Shown here: positions 19,685 through 28,574 of the stretch, piece after piece
How positions within the stretch are numbered: position 1 is the first letter of the stretch
Layout: each line of letters begins with the position of its first letter
Source of the DNA: Alphaproteobacteria bacterium
GTDB taxonomy: Bacteria; Pseudomonadota; Alphaproteobacteria; CAAHEQ01; UBA3637
DNA length: 64,000 nucleotides
Reading direction: 5' to 3'
Assembly: GCA_017960645.1 (NCBI GenBank)
Contig: JAGCYU010000017.1
Location: 7,721 to 71,720, forward strand
Translations under genes and position numbers: made by a program
The notes under the pieces: generated by a model
What the model was told of the DNA's origin: nothing
Databases searched by the model: none
What the model saw: the letters and a program-made list of their open reading frames with translations, nothing else

Positions 19685-21727
19685 TTACTTATTCTCCTGT
19701 TTTTCTAAGATAACTCTATTTTTTGGAAAAATCAAAGTCATTTTGGTACCAACGTTTAATTTACTGGTTAAATGAGCTTGCCCTTGGTGCGTTTCCATGA
19801 GTTTTTGAACCAGTACTAAACCTAAGCCGCTGCCTTTATGTTCTTTCGTCATAACATTTTCAACCTGTACAAATGGTTGGAATAATTTTTTTAATTTACT
19901 GGCGGGAATACCAATGCCATTGTCTGAGATAGCTATTTTAACTTCGCCTGTTTTGACTAAACGAACTGTGATATCAATATGGCCGTTATCCCCTGTGAAC
20001 TTAACAGCATTTGACAGGACATTTAGTAAAATCTGCCGAATGGATCGTTTGTCTGCCCGTAATTTAATATTAGGTGCGACTTTCGTTGTAATTTCTTTTT
20101 TATTACCATCTGGATAGCCGCGAATGATATCAACAGCATCGGATATCTCTTTATCCATGTCAACGACTTCTTCTTTCATAGGAAACTTTCTGGCTTCAAT
20201 AGCGGCCAGATCCAATACATCATTGATCAGTGACAGCAAATACTTGCCACTAGTGTAAATATAACGCACATATTCTTTGTATTGTGGATTTTCCATTGGT
20301 CCAAAAGTTTCCGTGTCAATGGCTTCTGAAAAACCCAAAATAGCATTTAATGGTGTTCGTAATTCATGGCTGACACTGGCTAAAAATTCGGATTTCGCTT
20401 GATTGGCATTTTCTGCCACATCACGAGCTACAATTAAATCCCGCACAACAGAATTCATTTCTTTTGCTTGACGCTTTAAAATACGGCGCCCTTTTTCCAA
20501 TTCTTTAACTTGAGCGCGTAAAGTTCCTTCATATTGCAGGGCTGCTTTTTGATTGCGTTCCCGGCCGCGCACGGCACTGATCACTTGAAAAATTTCATGG
20601 AACAGTTGGTTCAAACGTTGTAATAGGCGCGGGGAAAAGAAATTTTCTTCTGTCCCGTACAGGCTTAAAACCCCTTCAATTTGATGATCAATGATAATAG
20701 GAAAGGCATAGGTAGAAGCAGGAACTTGTTTTGTTGTTTGTGTGACAAAGTGATAATAGGCCAACTTGCCAATGCCTGGATATCCGACAGGTTTTTTATT
20801 TTGAATTGCCTTAGCAATAGCGGAGGTGCTGACCTTTTCATCCTGTAAATCCAATTGTGAAGGAATGGACATGTATTTTCCGTCCGAAACATAAGCATAG
20901 GTATTCAAAACAGTCCCATTAAGTTTTAATAAAATGGCCAAGTTTAAATGGTAAACTTTTTGGATTTCCTTTAACATTTTGCCCCATTGAATGTTTTCTT
21001 GTTCCTCGTTTTTCAAAAAGTGGAACAGTTTAAGTGCTTTGAACACAACATTGTAGTATTTTTCCAATTCATTGTTTTTAATTTCACTGGAAATATCTTC
21101 AATTGTCCAAAAAATCCCTTGTTCTGGAAAGCGTGTTTTTAAACTGCGCAGGCTTAAACGGATAGGGATGATTTGCCCATTGGCTTTTTTGAGGACGGAT
21201 TCTTTGCCCCAAGATTTACGTCTTTTTAAAAACCTGAGAGCAGAGGCAAAGCCTTTGGAAAAAACAGCTTGAGGGAACATCGGTGCTAAATCTGTGACGT
21301 CTGTTAGTTTGGGATTCGGCACGATTTGTTTCATGGCTTCGTTCATCCATACCACGCGTCGGGCTGTGGTCATCATCATGGGCATGTTGATGTATTCCAT
21401 CGCGCTGAAAGTACGTTTAAGTTCCTTTTTTAAAGCCTGATTTTTTTTGGATAGGTCTGCCCATTTACCCTGACTGACCAAACGGATCGTTAATTCTTGA
21501 ATCACAAAAAACAGGCGGATGACAATGATTAAAATGACGGTTAAAAAGGCAACTAATAAAGCGACCAACATCCATTTCGAAAATAACAATTTCATTAAGC
21601 TTTTAAAGTCTGGGATTTTTTCTAAAGCTTCATAAACGCGGACATAAATTAAGCCAAACGCCAATACACAAGCAATGGCAATCAATCCAATTAAGCGCAA
21701 GATTTCTTTTTTCATATTAAATCTCAT
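19685..21727 (-). CDS. Membrane sensor histidine kinase
   Basis: Two N-terminal TM helices, H-box FLASVSHELRTPLNAILGFSE, N-box LLNVLSNAVKFT, G-boxes DNGIGIP and GSGLGLVLV. Confidence 0.85.
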   Translation of the reverse strand: MRFNMKKEILRLIGLIAIACVLAFGLIYVRVYEALEKIPDFKSLMKLLFSKWMLVALLVAFLTVILIIVIRLFFVIQELTIRLVSQGKWADLSKKNQALKKELKRTFSAMEYINMPMMMTTARRVVWMNEAMKQIVPNPKLTDVTDLAPMFPQAVFSKGFASALRFLKRRKSWGKESVLKKANGQIIPIRLSLRSLKTRFPEQGIFWTIEDISSEIKNNELEKYYNVVFKALKLFHFLKNEEQENIQWGKMLKEIQKVYHLNLAILLKLNGTVLNTYAYVSDGKYMSIPSQLDLQDEKVSTSAIAKAIQNKKPVGYPGIGKLAYYHFVTQTTKQVPASTYAFPIIIDHQIEGVLSLYGTEENFFSPRLLQRLNQLFHEIFQVISAVRGRERNQKAALQYEGTLRAQVKELEKGRRILKRQAKEMNSVVRDLIVARDVAENANQAKSEFLASVSHELRTPLNAILGFSEAIDTETFGPMENPQYKEYVRYIYTSGKYLLSLINDVLDLAAIEARKFPMKEEVVDMDKEISDAVDIIRGYPDGNKKEITTKVAPNIKLRADKRSIRQILLNVLSNAVKFTGDNGHIDITVRLVKTGEVKIAISDNGIGIPASKLKKLFQPFVQVENVMTKEHKGSGLGLVLVQKLMETHQGQAHLTSKLNVGTKMTLIFPKNRVILEKQENK

Positions 21728-21850
21728 GAATACGCCCCCATGTTTGTTTTAGAATATACCGAAAATCGCAAAATTTCAAACATAAAATCTTTTTCATTGA
21801 AATTTTATGGGAAATCAGATAAAATAACCCGCAAACAGGCGCTTATTTTT

Positions 21851-22059
21851 GCGTTCAAATCTGTTGAAAGGCGACAGCCTTTGGTATAACAGATTGAGAA
21901 TATGGAGGGGTGGCTTAAGCGGTCGAACGCGGCAGACTCGCCCCCGAACGAAGTGAGAGAGCGCGCAAGCGTTCAAATCTGTTGAAAGGCGATAGCCTTT
22001 GGTATAACAGATTGAGAATATATGGAGGGGTGGCAGAGCGGTCGAACGCGGCAGACTCG
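21851..22059 (+). repeat. Two direct copies (~90 nt each) of the tRNA-Ser leader plus tRNA 5' half, separated by a 28-nt GC-rich insert
   Basis: 21851-21940 and 21969-22059 are near-identical (C/T at one leader position, AT indel before the tRNA start, TTA vs AG in the D region). Copy 2 continues into the intact tRNA. Confidence 0.8.
21904..21940 (+). pseudogene. Truncated tRNA-Ser 5' half, ending inside the anticodon loop
   Basis: GGAGGGGTGGCTTAAGCGGTCGAACGCGGCAGACTCG matches positions 1 to ~35 of the downstream tRNA-Ser and then diverges into CCCCCGAACGAAG... Confidence 0.7.
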
Positions 22060-22114
22060 AAATCTGTTATAGGGTTTATCCCTATCGGGGGTTCGAATCC
22101 CCCCCTCTCCGCCA
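22024..22114 (+). tRNA. tRNA-Ser (anticodon CGA)
   Basis: Acceptor GGAGGGG/CCTCTCC, anticodon stem GCAGA/TCTGT with loop CTCGAAA, long variable arm TATAGGGTTTATCCCTATC, T-arm GGGGG-TTCGAAT-CCCCC, encoded CCA. Confidence 0.9.
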
Positions 22115-22128
22115 GTTATAAATGCAGA

Positions 22129-22608
22129 TTACTTTTCTTCACAAAGGGGGTAGAATTCGCGTGAGTCACGGTTGGTATGTCCTCCCCCATCATAGATAGA
22201 ATTATTCCAGTGAACCTGAAATGCTCTATTTTGCCCAGTTCCTTGAGCAGTCCAAACACGCACATTGATTGCCTTTAATAAATTTGGACAAGCATTTGGA
22301 TGGTCGTAGTCAGATACCTGTGGTGCCCCAGGACACATATTGCTCAGACTTGCTTGTTTTCCTCCTATACTCTCACACCAAGTAAATGCACTCCACCAAT
22401 TCATTCCTTTACCACCCAAACAAAACTTCTGGCCGTTACAGTTGTTCGTCAGGTTTGTGTCATTTGGGTCGTTGCAATAACCGCCTTTGTCCGCACCGTA
22501 TTTGTTGGCGGTGATGATTGTCCCCCCATAGGCTGTACAGTTGGACCAGAAGTCGGCTTGTGCCACCCCAGCTATTAAAACTAATGCAATTAAACTTAAC
22601 TTTTTCAT
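22129..22608 (-). CDS. Small secreted Cys-rich protein, C-type-lectin-like (CTLD) candidate, paralog 1
   Basis: Signal peptide MKKLSLIALVLIAGVAQA. FCLGGKGMNWWSAFTWCESIGGKQASL resembles the CTLD 'W-x-x-A-x-x-x-C-x-x-x-G-x-x-L-A-S' helix. C-terminal ...FYPLCEEK. Confidence 0.5.
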   Translation of the reverse strand: MKKLSLIALVLIAGVAQADFWSNCTAYGGTIITANKYGADKGGYCNDPNDTNLTNNCNGQKFCLGGKGMNWWSAFTWCESIGGKQASLSNMCPGAPQVSDYDHPNACPNLLKAINVRVWTAQGTGQNRAFQVHWNNSIYDGGGHTNRDSREFYPLCEEK

Positions 22609-22642
22609 TTTCTTTCCCCTTTCATAAAAACTTTTTAGTTAG

Positions 22643-22748
22643 CCCCCGGAACGAGGTCCCCGCCCCATACCGGGGAACCCCCTCTCCGAGCCCCGGAACG
22701 AGGCAAAACTTCACGAGCTAAAGCGAGTGTTAGTTTTACCAGTTCCGG
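22643..22748 (+). repeat. GC-rich patch: CCCCGGAACGAGG repeated twice around a decayed tRNA-Ser 3'-end-like fragment
   Basis: Motif at 22643-22656 and 22691-22703. 22663-22688 (CCCATACCGGGGAACCCCCTCTCCG) resembles the tRNA-Ser T-arm and acceptor 3' strand, with an exact 11-mer CCCCCTCTCCG. Inverted GTTCCGG at 22742-22748. Confidence 0.5.
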
Positions 22749-23324
22749 ATGTCCCTAAAACCTATGTTACATAAAGGTACCTTTTTGTAACGCTTTTGGA
22801 CAAGAAAACGGGGAAAATGGAAAAACTTGACGAACATATTGAAATAATTGAAAAATATAGGAAATTTAGAAAACATCAAAAATATGAAAAAAGTGCAAAA
22901 AATGTGAAAAAAACGCTTGCAATTAAAGGTACCTTTTTTTGCGACTCGATTTTGGCCATTAAGTAATTGTATTTATTGAAAAATAAATTTTTCATTTTTG
23001 GCTTAAAAATCGGTCATTTTGCTCCTTTTTTTTGTGTAAAATTTATAAAAAAGTGGGATTTTAGGGGTATTTTAGTTCCTTTTTGTCATTAAGATCCCCC
23101 GTCAATACAGGGCTTCCAGCTGGTCAAAAACGATCGTTTTTGTCAAGCCCTTTTTGAGCCTTTTTTCAAAATTTTTAAAAACAGGCTGAAATACCCGTTT
23201 CATAAGGGTTTTATGCGAATTTCTTTTCACACATCAAATACCCCGATTTTGAGTGACACAAAACGATCGTTTTCGATTTAATGGAGATATGAATAGCAAA
23301 AACTTCAACAACAACGGGGGAAAG

Positions 23325-23786
23325 ATGAAGAAAAATATATTTTTATTGGTTTTGGGGTTAACTGTGGCAACTGCTGCACATGCAGAAACAACCATCGAAT
23401 GGACTCAGGCCGGATGTCAATCTGTTGGCGGTACTTGGATTACAGCCCATTCTCCTACTGATTCCGGCTGCGATGCGAACCACTGCAATGGGATGAATTT
23501 TTGTCGTAGCCCTAACTCAATGAACTTATTTAGCGCACTTGTTTGGTGCAAATCCATTGGGCATCAGCTTACAGATTTCGAAACTGCCTGTCCAAACGCC
23601 ATGTCTTCAGGTAATACATGTGCGAATTTGAAAGGTTGGAACCCTCCTAATGTTTCTGGCGATTGGACAACGATGCCGTCCCCCACAAATAGTAATAGGA
23701 TGGTATTTATTGCAGGGGGAACCATTTACCTTGATCACAGTGCAGGTACGAAAAGTTCGACTAGGTACGCCCTTTGTAAAAAATGA
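23325..23786 (+). CDS. Small secreted Cys-rich protein, C-type-lectin-like candidate, paralog 2
   Basis: Signal peptide MKKNIFLLVLGLTVATAAHA. CNGMNFCRSPNSMNLFSALVWCKSIGHQLTDFETACPN aligns with paralog 1, and the protein ends ...YALCKK. ATG at 23325 with a GGGGGA RBS. Confidence 0.5.
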   Translation: MKKNIFLLVLGLTVATAAHAETTIEWTQAGCQSVGGTWITAHSPTDSGCDANHCNGMNFCRSPNSMNLFSALVWCKSIGHQLTDFETACPNAMSSGNTCANLKGWNPPNVSGDWTTMPSPTNSNRMVFIAGGTIYLDHSAGTKSSTRYALCKK

Positions 23787-23796
23787 ATCGCTCAAG

Positions 23797-25395
23797 TTAA
23801 TTTTGCCACAGTTGAATCAGTTTTTTTAAAGTATCTTCGGCCGCGTGTAGTTTTTCTATAAAGGCGGCATGATGCTTGTAAAAACTATCCCCGCGTGCAT
23901 AAATTGCCAAAGCAATCGCATCTAACGGATTATAGGCTAACCCTTTTAGCAGGTTTGAAAAATACAGCTTTTTAAAATCAGATGTACACCTGAGGTGCCA
24001 GCTGTGGATATTGTCTGGATGGCTGTAATATCCAACTTGCCCGGTCCAGCTGGTAAAAAATGCTTGCACGCGTTCGGCTGGACAAGCCAACAGCTCTGCC
24101 CACTGCATGCGTGTCAATTGTTCGGTGGATTTGAAAGAATCATCATATTCAAGGCGCAAAGAACGGACCAGACTTTGGGCATGGAGTGCGCGATCTTTAT
24201 CATCCATCTTGTCAAAAAACATTTGAACAGACGGTGTATCGTGTGTGTCTATGGTCGCCACATCGTACGGTTTTGTTGTCATCAGCTGGTACATGTGTGT
24301 TGGGTTTTGCGGTTCTTTAAACTGAGCAACAATTAACCGACCTAAATTAAAGTGTTGTAAAACGTCATCCAGTTGAGGCGGGCGCGCGCCTATATCCTCG
24401 GGATATAAATCCATGTTGGAAATGTGATATTTTTTTAAAACAGGCAAAACGATGCGTTCATAAATTTGATAAAATTGCTCCGGTTCGGTATAAGCATATT
24501 TTTTTAATATAGGATGGTCTGGTGATGAATATAACCGCCCGTTCGGAATGTCAGGATTGTGTGACATTACATAAGGATTTACATAGCCGATAAAGTGGTC
24601 AATCCTTAATCCGCAACTAGATTTATGTAAAGCCGAATCAATAATGTGTTGCCACAGTTTGCCGGCCGGTCCCAGGTTTTCACCGTCCCACAATTGCTCC
24701 GGATCCAAAACAGGAAATTTCCAATCCCGACCTTGATCGGAAATCGTATCTGCTGGTGTTCCCAACGTAAAGTCAGGTAGAAATAATGCTTTATTTTTCT
24801 GATAAATAGATCTGGAAATTTGAATTTGCAGGTCTGCTATATAAGGGAATTTGTTTTCTTCTGTGATTTGCCCTAACAGCTTTTTTGTAATCGCAGGAAT
24901 GTCCGATGGTATTGGAGAAAGTTTGGTCAATAAATAATTATAATTTTGTGTGACCTTTTCAAAGTCAATATCGGTATCATCCGCCAGAGGGCCGCATACA
25001 CGGTCCATATCTTCCGGAGAAATCAAGTCTTTTGCCAATAATTTTTCGGGCGGAATTAAAAAAGGGTTGGCTTGTTCAGTATCTGAAACGTAGGGTGAGT
25101 ATTGATGGCTTGCAAATGTTTTTCCTTCAGGTCCAAGCAAAATGTTATCAATTGCTTTATCCCAAAATCTCCATACACTTTCGGCGCCAAGACTATAAGG
25201 CGATCCGATGCCTATATCGTAATTTTTATCAAGTGCCGGCATGCAAGGCCCTGGCATGCCAAGCGTCACTTTTTTGTTTAAAATCAGATATCCTTGACGG
25301 ATTAGCGGTTGAATCTCTCGCCAACAAACCAACAGGTTGCGCCACGGGCTGCCTCTGCCAAAGTAATGAGCTTTGTGTTGCTGGTTGATTTGCAC
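23797..25395 (-). CDS. malQ: 4-alpha-glucanotransferase (GH77 amylomaltase)-like
   Basis: By-eye collinearity with Thermus amylomaltase: GIGSPY...LGP, YSPY, NPFLI, LRIDHFIGY, YPEDIG and IDTHDTPS boxes. Confidence 0.7.
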   Translation of the reverse strand: MQINQQHKAHYFGRGSPWRNLLVCWREIQPLIRQGYLILNKKVTLGMPGPCMPALDKNYDIGIGSPYSLGAESVWRFWDKAIDNILLGPEGKTFASHQYSPYVSDTEQANPFLIPPEKLLAKDLISPEDMDRVCGPLADDTDIDFEKVTQNYNYLLTKLSPIPSDIPAITKKLLGQITEENKFPYIADLQIQISRSIYQKNKALFLPDFTLGTPADTISDQGRDWKFPVLDPEQLWDGENLGPAGKLWQHIIDSALHKSSCGLRIDHFIGYVNPYVMSHNPDIPNGRLYSSPDHPILKKYAYTEPEQFYQIYERIVLPVLKKYHISNMDLYPEDIGARPPQLDDVLQHFNLGRLIVAQFKEPQNPTHMYQLMTTKPYDVATIDTHDTPSVQMFFDKMDDKDRALHAQSLVRSLRLEYDDSFKSTEQLTRMQWAELLACPAERVQAFFTSWTGQVGYYSHPDNIHSWHLRCTSDFKKLYFSNLLKGLAYNPLDAIALAIYARGDSFYKHHAAFIEKLHAAEDTLKKLIQLWQN

Positions 25396-25462
25396 GTGAT
25401 AATCCTTTCACTTTTAATAAAAAGAATAGGAGGTTTTTACCTTAAGGTCAAGTAAAAAAGAG

Positions 25463-25867
25463 TTATGTGCAGTTACTATCAAACCAGCGTTGCAAAATAA
25501 TGCGTGCGCTTTCGGCATCCAAAATGTTTTTGCGTTTGTTTTGGCGCATAAATAAAGTGTTTTTTAAATAGTCTTCAGCGCTTGTGGAAGATTTTTTTTC
25601 ATCCATCCAATAAATCGGCAGGTTGAATTTTTCTTGTAACCGAGCAGCAAATAACCGCGCCATGTCGGCAGTTTTCCCCTCTATTCCGTTCGGTTGAAGC
25701 GGTAAGCCAATCACAAAGGCATGAATATTTTTGGCAGGGATGATATCATCCAGCTCATTCATTTTATGGATGATTTTAAATGTATGGGCAATTTTTTCGG
25801 AATTATTGCCAACGGCCAGCCCGATGCGCTTTTCTCCGTAATCAATCCCTAAAAAGTTTTTTTGCAT
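25463..25867 (-). CDS. ruvX: Holliday-junction resolvase-like nuclease RuvX (YqgF)
   Basis: MQKNFLGIDYGEKRIGLAVG N-terminus and VIGLPLQPNG motif. The internal ATG at 25867 is preferred. Confidence 0.8.
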   Translation of the reverse strand: MQKNFLGIDYGEKRIGLAVGNNSEKIAHTFKIIHKMNELDDIIPAKNIHAFVIGLPLQPNGIEGKTADMARLFAARLQEKFNLPIYWMDEKKSSTSAEDYLKNTLFMRQNKRKNILDAESARIILQRWFDSNCT

Positions 25868-25941
25868 AAAATTCCTTGCTATTTTAAACAAATTCTTGTA
25901 CACTAAACAACAGTTATTATTATACAAAAGGAAAGCGTAAA

Positions 25942-26391
25942 ATGCAAGAAAAAAAGGTTGCGATTGCTTCGGATCATGGTGGTTTTTTACTCAAAGAAAA
26001 GTTGGTGGCAGAGTTGGCTCGCTTGGGCTATGATGTGTTGGATAAAGGGACAGATTCTGCCGATTGTTCGGTGAATTATCCGGATTATGCGGCTAAAGTC
26101 GCAAAAAGTATTCAACAAGGGGAGGCGGATCGTGGTGTTTTGATTTGTACTTCCGGTGTTGGGATGAGTATTGCGGCCAATCGTTATTCTTTCATTCGCG
26201 GAGCTTTAGTTTTTAACCGTGAGATGGCATATTTGTGCCGTGCTCATAATAATGCAAATGTTTTGATTTTTGGGGCTAAATTTATTTCTGAAAAAGAAGC
26301 TAAGGCATGTTTGAAGGAATTTTTGAATACAGATTTTGAAGGTGGACGCCATGTTTGCCGTGTAGATCAGCTTGAAAGGATGGGAAAATGA
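25942..26391 (+). CDS. rpiB: Ribose-5-phosphate isomerase B
   Basis: 149 aa with [15 protein letters not shown] and [14 protein letters not shown] motifs. Confidence 0.85.
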   Translation: MQEKKVAIASDHGGFLLKEKLVAELARLGYDVLDKGTDSADCSVNYPDYAAKVAKSIQQGEADRGVLICTSGVGMSIAANRYSFIRGALVFNREMAYLCRAHNNANVLIFGAKFISEKEAKACLKEFLNTDFEGGRHVCRVDQLERMGK

Positions 26392-27638
26392 ATAAGTTTT
26401 TTGAATCAGCTCGACCAGATATAGAAGTAGATGCCGCAATTGCAGCAGAGTTAACACGTCAACAAAATCACATTGAATTGATCGCATCGGAAAATATTGT
26501 ATCATTTAATGTGTTGCGTGCAGCCGGAACTGTTTTAACAAATAAGTATGCAGAAGGTTATCCAGGCAAGCGATATTATCACGGATGTGAATGTGTAGAT
26601 CAAATAGAAATTTTGGCACAGGAAAGATTGAAGAAACTTTTTGGAGCTGCGTTTGTGAATGTACAACCTCATTCAGGGTCTGGTGCTAATGCCGCTGTAT
26701 ATTTGGCCTTGTTGCAACCAGGGGATACTTTAATGGGGATGAGCTTGGATGCAGGTGGACATTTAACACATGGGTCTCGTGTTTCTTCATCCGGCAAATA
26801 TTATCATTCTGTATCGTATGGCGTGAATGATGACGGATTGGTTGATTATGATGTGGTACAAGCTTTAGCAACAGAACATAAACCAAAGCTGATTATTGCT
26901 GGCGGATCCGCCTATGCGCGCTTGATTGATTTTAAACGTTTTCGTGAGATTGCAGATAGTGTAGGGGCTTATTTGATGGTGGATATGGCCCATTTTGCGG
27001 GTTTGGTCGCAGGACGTCAGATTCCTAATCCATTAGATTATGCAGATGTGGTTACTTCTACTACTCATAAAACTTTGCGTGGTCCTCGTGGTGGCGTGAT
27101 TTTGACCAATAATGAAGAATTATTTAAAAAAATTAATTCCGCTATTTTCCCTGGATTACAAGGCGGCCCATTGATGCATATTATTGCGGCAAAAGCTGTC
27201 GCATTTGGGGAAGCTTTACAGCCTGAGTTTTGTGAATACGCCGCTCAGATTATTAAAAATGCGAAAGCTATGGAAAACACTTTTAAAACGCGTCACATTG
27301 ATATGGTATCGGGTGGAACGGATACGCATTTGTTATTATTGGATTTACGTTCGCGAGGTTTAAAAGGGTGTGATGTGTGCGATGCGTTGGCAAGTGCTCA
27401 TTTGATTTGTAATAAAAATGCTGTGCCAAATGATCCTCAAAAACCAAGTATAACCTCTGGTTTGCGCGTTGGGACGCCGGCAGGAACGACGCGAGGATTC
27501 AAGGAAGCGGAATTCACAGAGATTGCTAATATGATAGCTGATGTGATTGATGCTTGCGGTACGGATAAACAAGAAGCCGTTGTTGCCGAAGTTCGTGCCA
27601 AAGCTGAAAAATTGTGTGCGGATTTTCCAATTTATTAA
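26388..27638 (+). CDS. glyA: Serine hydroxymethyltransferase
   Basis: [23 protein letters not shown] and the PLP-lysine box [16 protein letters not shown]. Confidence 0.95.
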   Translation: MNKFFESARPDIEVDAAIAAELTRQQNHIELIASENIVSFNVLRAAGTVLTNKYAEGYPGKRYYHGCECVDQIEILAQERLKKLFGAAFVNVQPHSGSGANAAVYLALLQPGDTLMGMSLDAGGHLTHGSRVSSSGKYYHSVSYGVNDDGLVDYDVVQALATEHKPKLIIAGGSAYARLIDFKRFREIADSVGAYLMVDMAHFAGLVAGRQIPNPLDYADVVTSTTHKTLRGPRGGVILTNNEELFKKINSAIFPGLQGGPLMHIIAAKAVAFGEALQPEFCEYAAQIIKNAKAMENTFKTRHIDMVSGGTDTHLLLLDLRSRGLKGCDVCDALASAHLICNKNAVPNDPQKPSITSGLRVGTPAGTTRGFKEAEFTEIANMIADVIDACGTDKQEAVVAEVRAKAEKLCADFPIY

Positions 27639-27649
27639 AGGAGTTTTAA

Positions 27650-28114
27650 ATGAAGTGCCCGTTTTGTGGTTATAATGATACGCAAGTAAAGGATTCTCGC
27701 CCCAGTGAAGATGGAACAAGTATCCGCAGACGGCGTGGTTGCCCAAAATGTCATGCGCGTTTTTCAACGGTAGAGCATGTCCAGTTGCGTGATTTGACTG
27801 TGATTAAAAAGGATGGAACGCGGGTGCCTTTTGAACGGGATAAGTTGGAATATTCTATTAAATTAGCCACGCGTAAGCGCGATGTGCCCATGGAAAAAAT
27901 CAGCTCTTTGACAAATACCATTGTGCGTGAATTGGAACAGCTGGGGGAACCAGAAATCCAATCGGCTGAGATTGGGTCATATGTCATGGATGCGCTTTTA
28001 AAACTTGACAAAGTTGCCTATATACGCTATGCTTCTGTATATAAAAATTTTTCGAGTACCAGAGATTTTGAAGATTTTGTTTCGGATTTAACAGGCAAAA
28101 AAGATGGCAAATAA
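27650..28114 (+). CDS. nrdR: Transcriptional repressor NrdR
   Basis: MKCPFCG...VKDSR...RRRRGCPKCHARFSTVE zinc ribbon plus an ATP-cone. Confidence 0.9.
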   Translation: MKCPFCGYNDTQVKDSRPSEDGTSIRRRRGCPKCHARFSTVEHVQLRDLTVIKKDGTRVPFERDKLEYSIKLATRKRDVPMEKISSLTNTIVRELEQLGEPEIQSAEIGSYVMDALLKLDKVAYIRYASVYKNFSSTRDFEDFVSDLTGKKDGK

Positions 28115-28574
28115 TACTTTAAAATACACAAATGCACGGTTATTGGCTGTTCAAGCAGTTTATGCTCAAGCTCAATCGGGCGAAGAATGGAACAGTTTAA
28201 TTTCTCGTTTTTTATTAGAAGAGGTTGGCGGACAGATTCTGGATAAGGTTGGAAAATCAGAACAAATGATTACGTTGGAACCAGCAGACAAAGAATTGTT
28301 TGCCAAGTTGGCTCAGTACGTGCGGGATAATGGGGATTCATTGATGGAAACAGTGAATGCTACTTTGACTGAAAGTGTAAAAGCGGGCGGATTAGATTTG
28401 ATTTTAATTTCTATTTTAAAAGTCGGTGTGGCGGAATTATATGTGAATCAAGATTTGGATACGCCAATTATTGTGAATGAATATGTTGATTTGGCGCGAG
28501 CTTTCTATGATGGGCCAGAGGTTAAAATTGTCAATGCTGTCTTGGACAAAATAGCACACGTTTTGCGTGGTTAA
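28104..28574 (+). CDS. nusB: Transcription antitermination factor NusB
   Basis: 156 aa with ARLLAVQAVYA N-terminus and NAVLDKIA C-terminal motif. Lies in an nrdR-nusB neighbourhood. Confidence 0.8.
   Translation: MANNTLKYTNARLLAVQAVYAQAQSGEEWNSLISRFLLEEVGGQILDKVGKSEQMITLEPADKELFAKLAQYVRDNGDSLMETVNATLTESVKAGGLDLILISILKVGVAELYVNQDLDTPIIVNEYVDLARAFYDGPEVKIVNAVLDKIAHVLRG

Noticed and set aside
21851-21866. Leader sequence GTTCAAATCTGT read as an anticodon loop with TCA (a tRNA-Sec-like fragment)
   Set aside because: There is no complementary 5' stem (ACAGA) upstream in either copy, so no tRNA fold can be built.
21941-21974. 34-nt insert after the anticodon-loop position as a possible tRNA intron, with the downstream AAATCTGTT-hairpin as the tRNA continuation
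   Set aside because: The insertion point (between positions 35 and 36) is non-canonical, and the insert is far too short for a bacterial group I intron. The downstream sequence lacks a T-arm and an acceptor 3' strand. It is better explained as a recombination scar.
21982-22164. 60-aa ORF (MKGDSLWYNRLRIYGGVAERSNAADSKS...) from the ORF track
   Set aside because: It runs straight through the tRNA-Ser gene and its leader. The translation is an artefact of the tRNA sequence.
23253-23324. GTG-initiated 24-codon N-terminal extension of lectin-like paralog 2
   Set aside because: The extension overlaps the 14-bp palindrome and has no signal peptide. The ATG at 23325 has an RBS, yields a canonical signal peptide and matches paralog 1.
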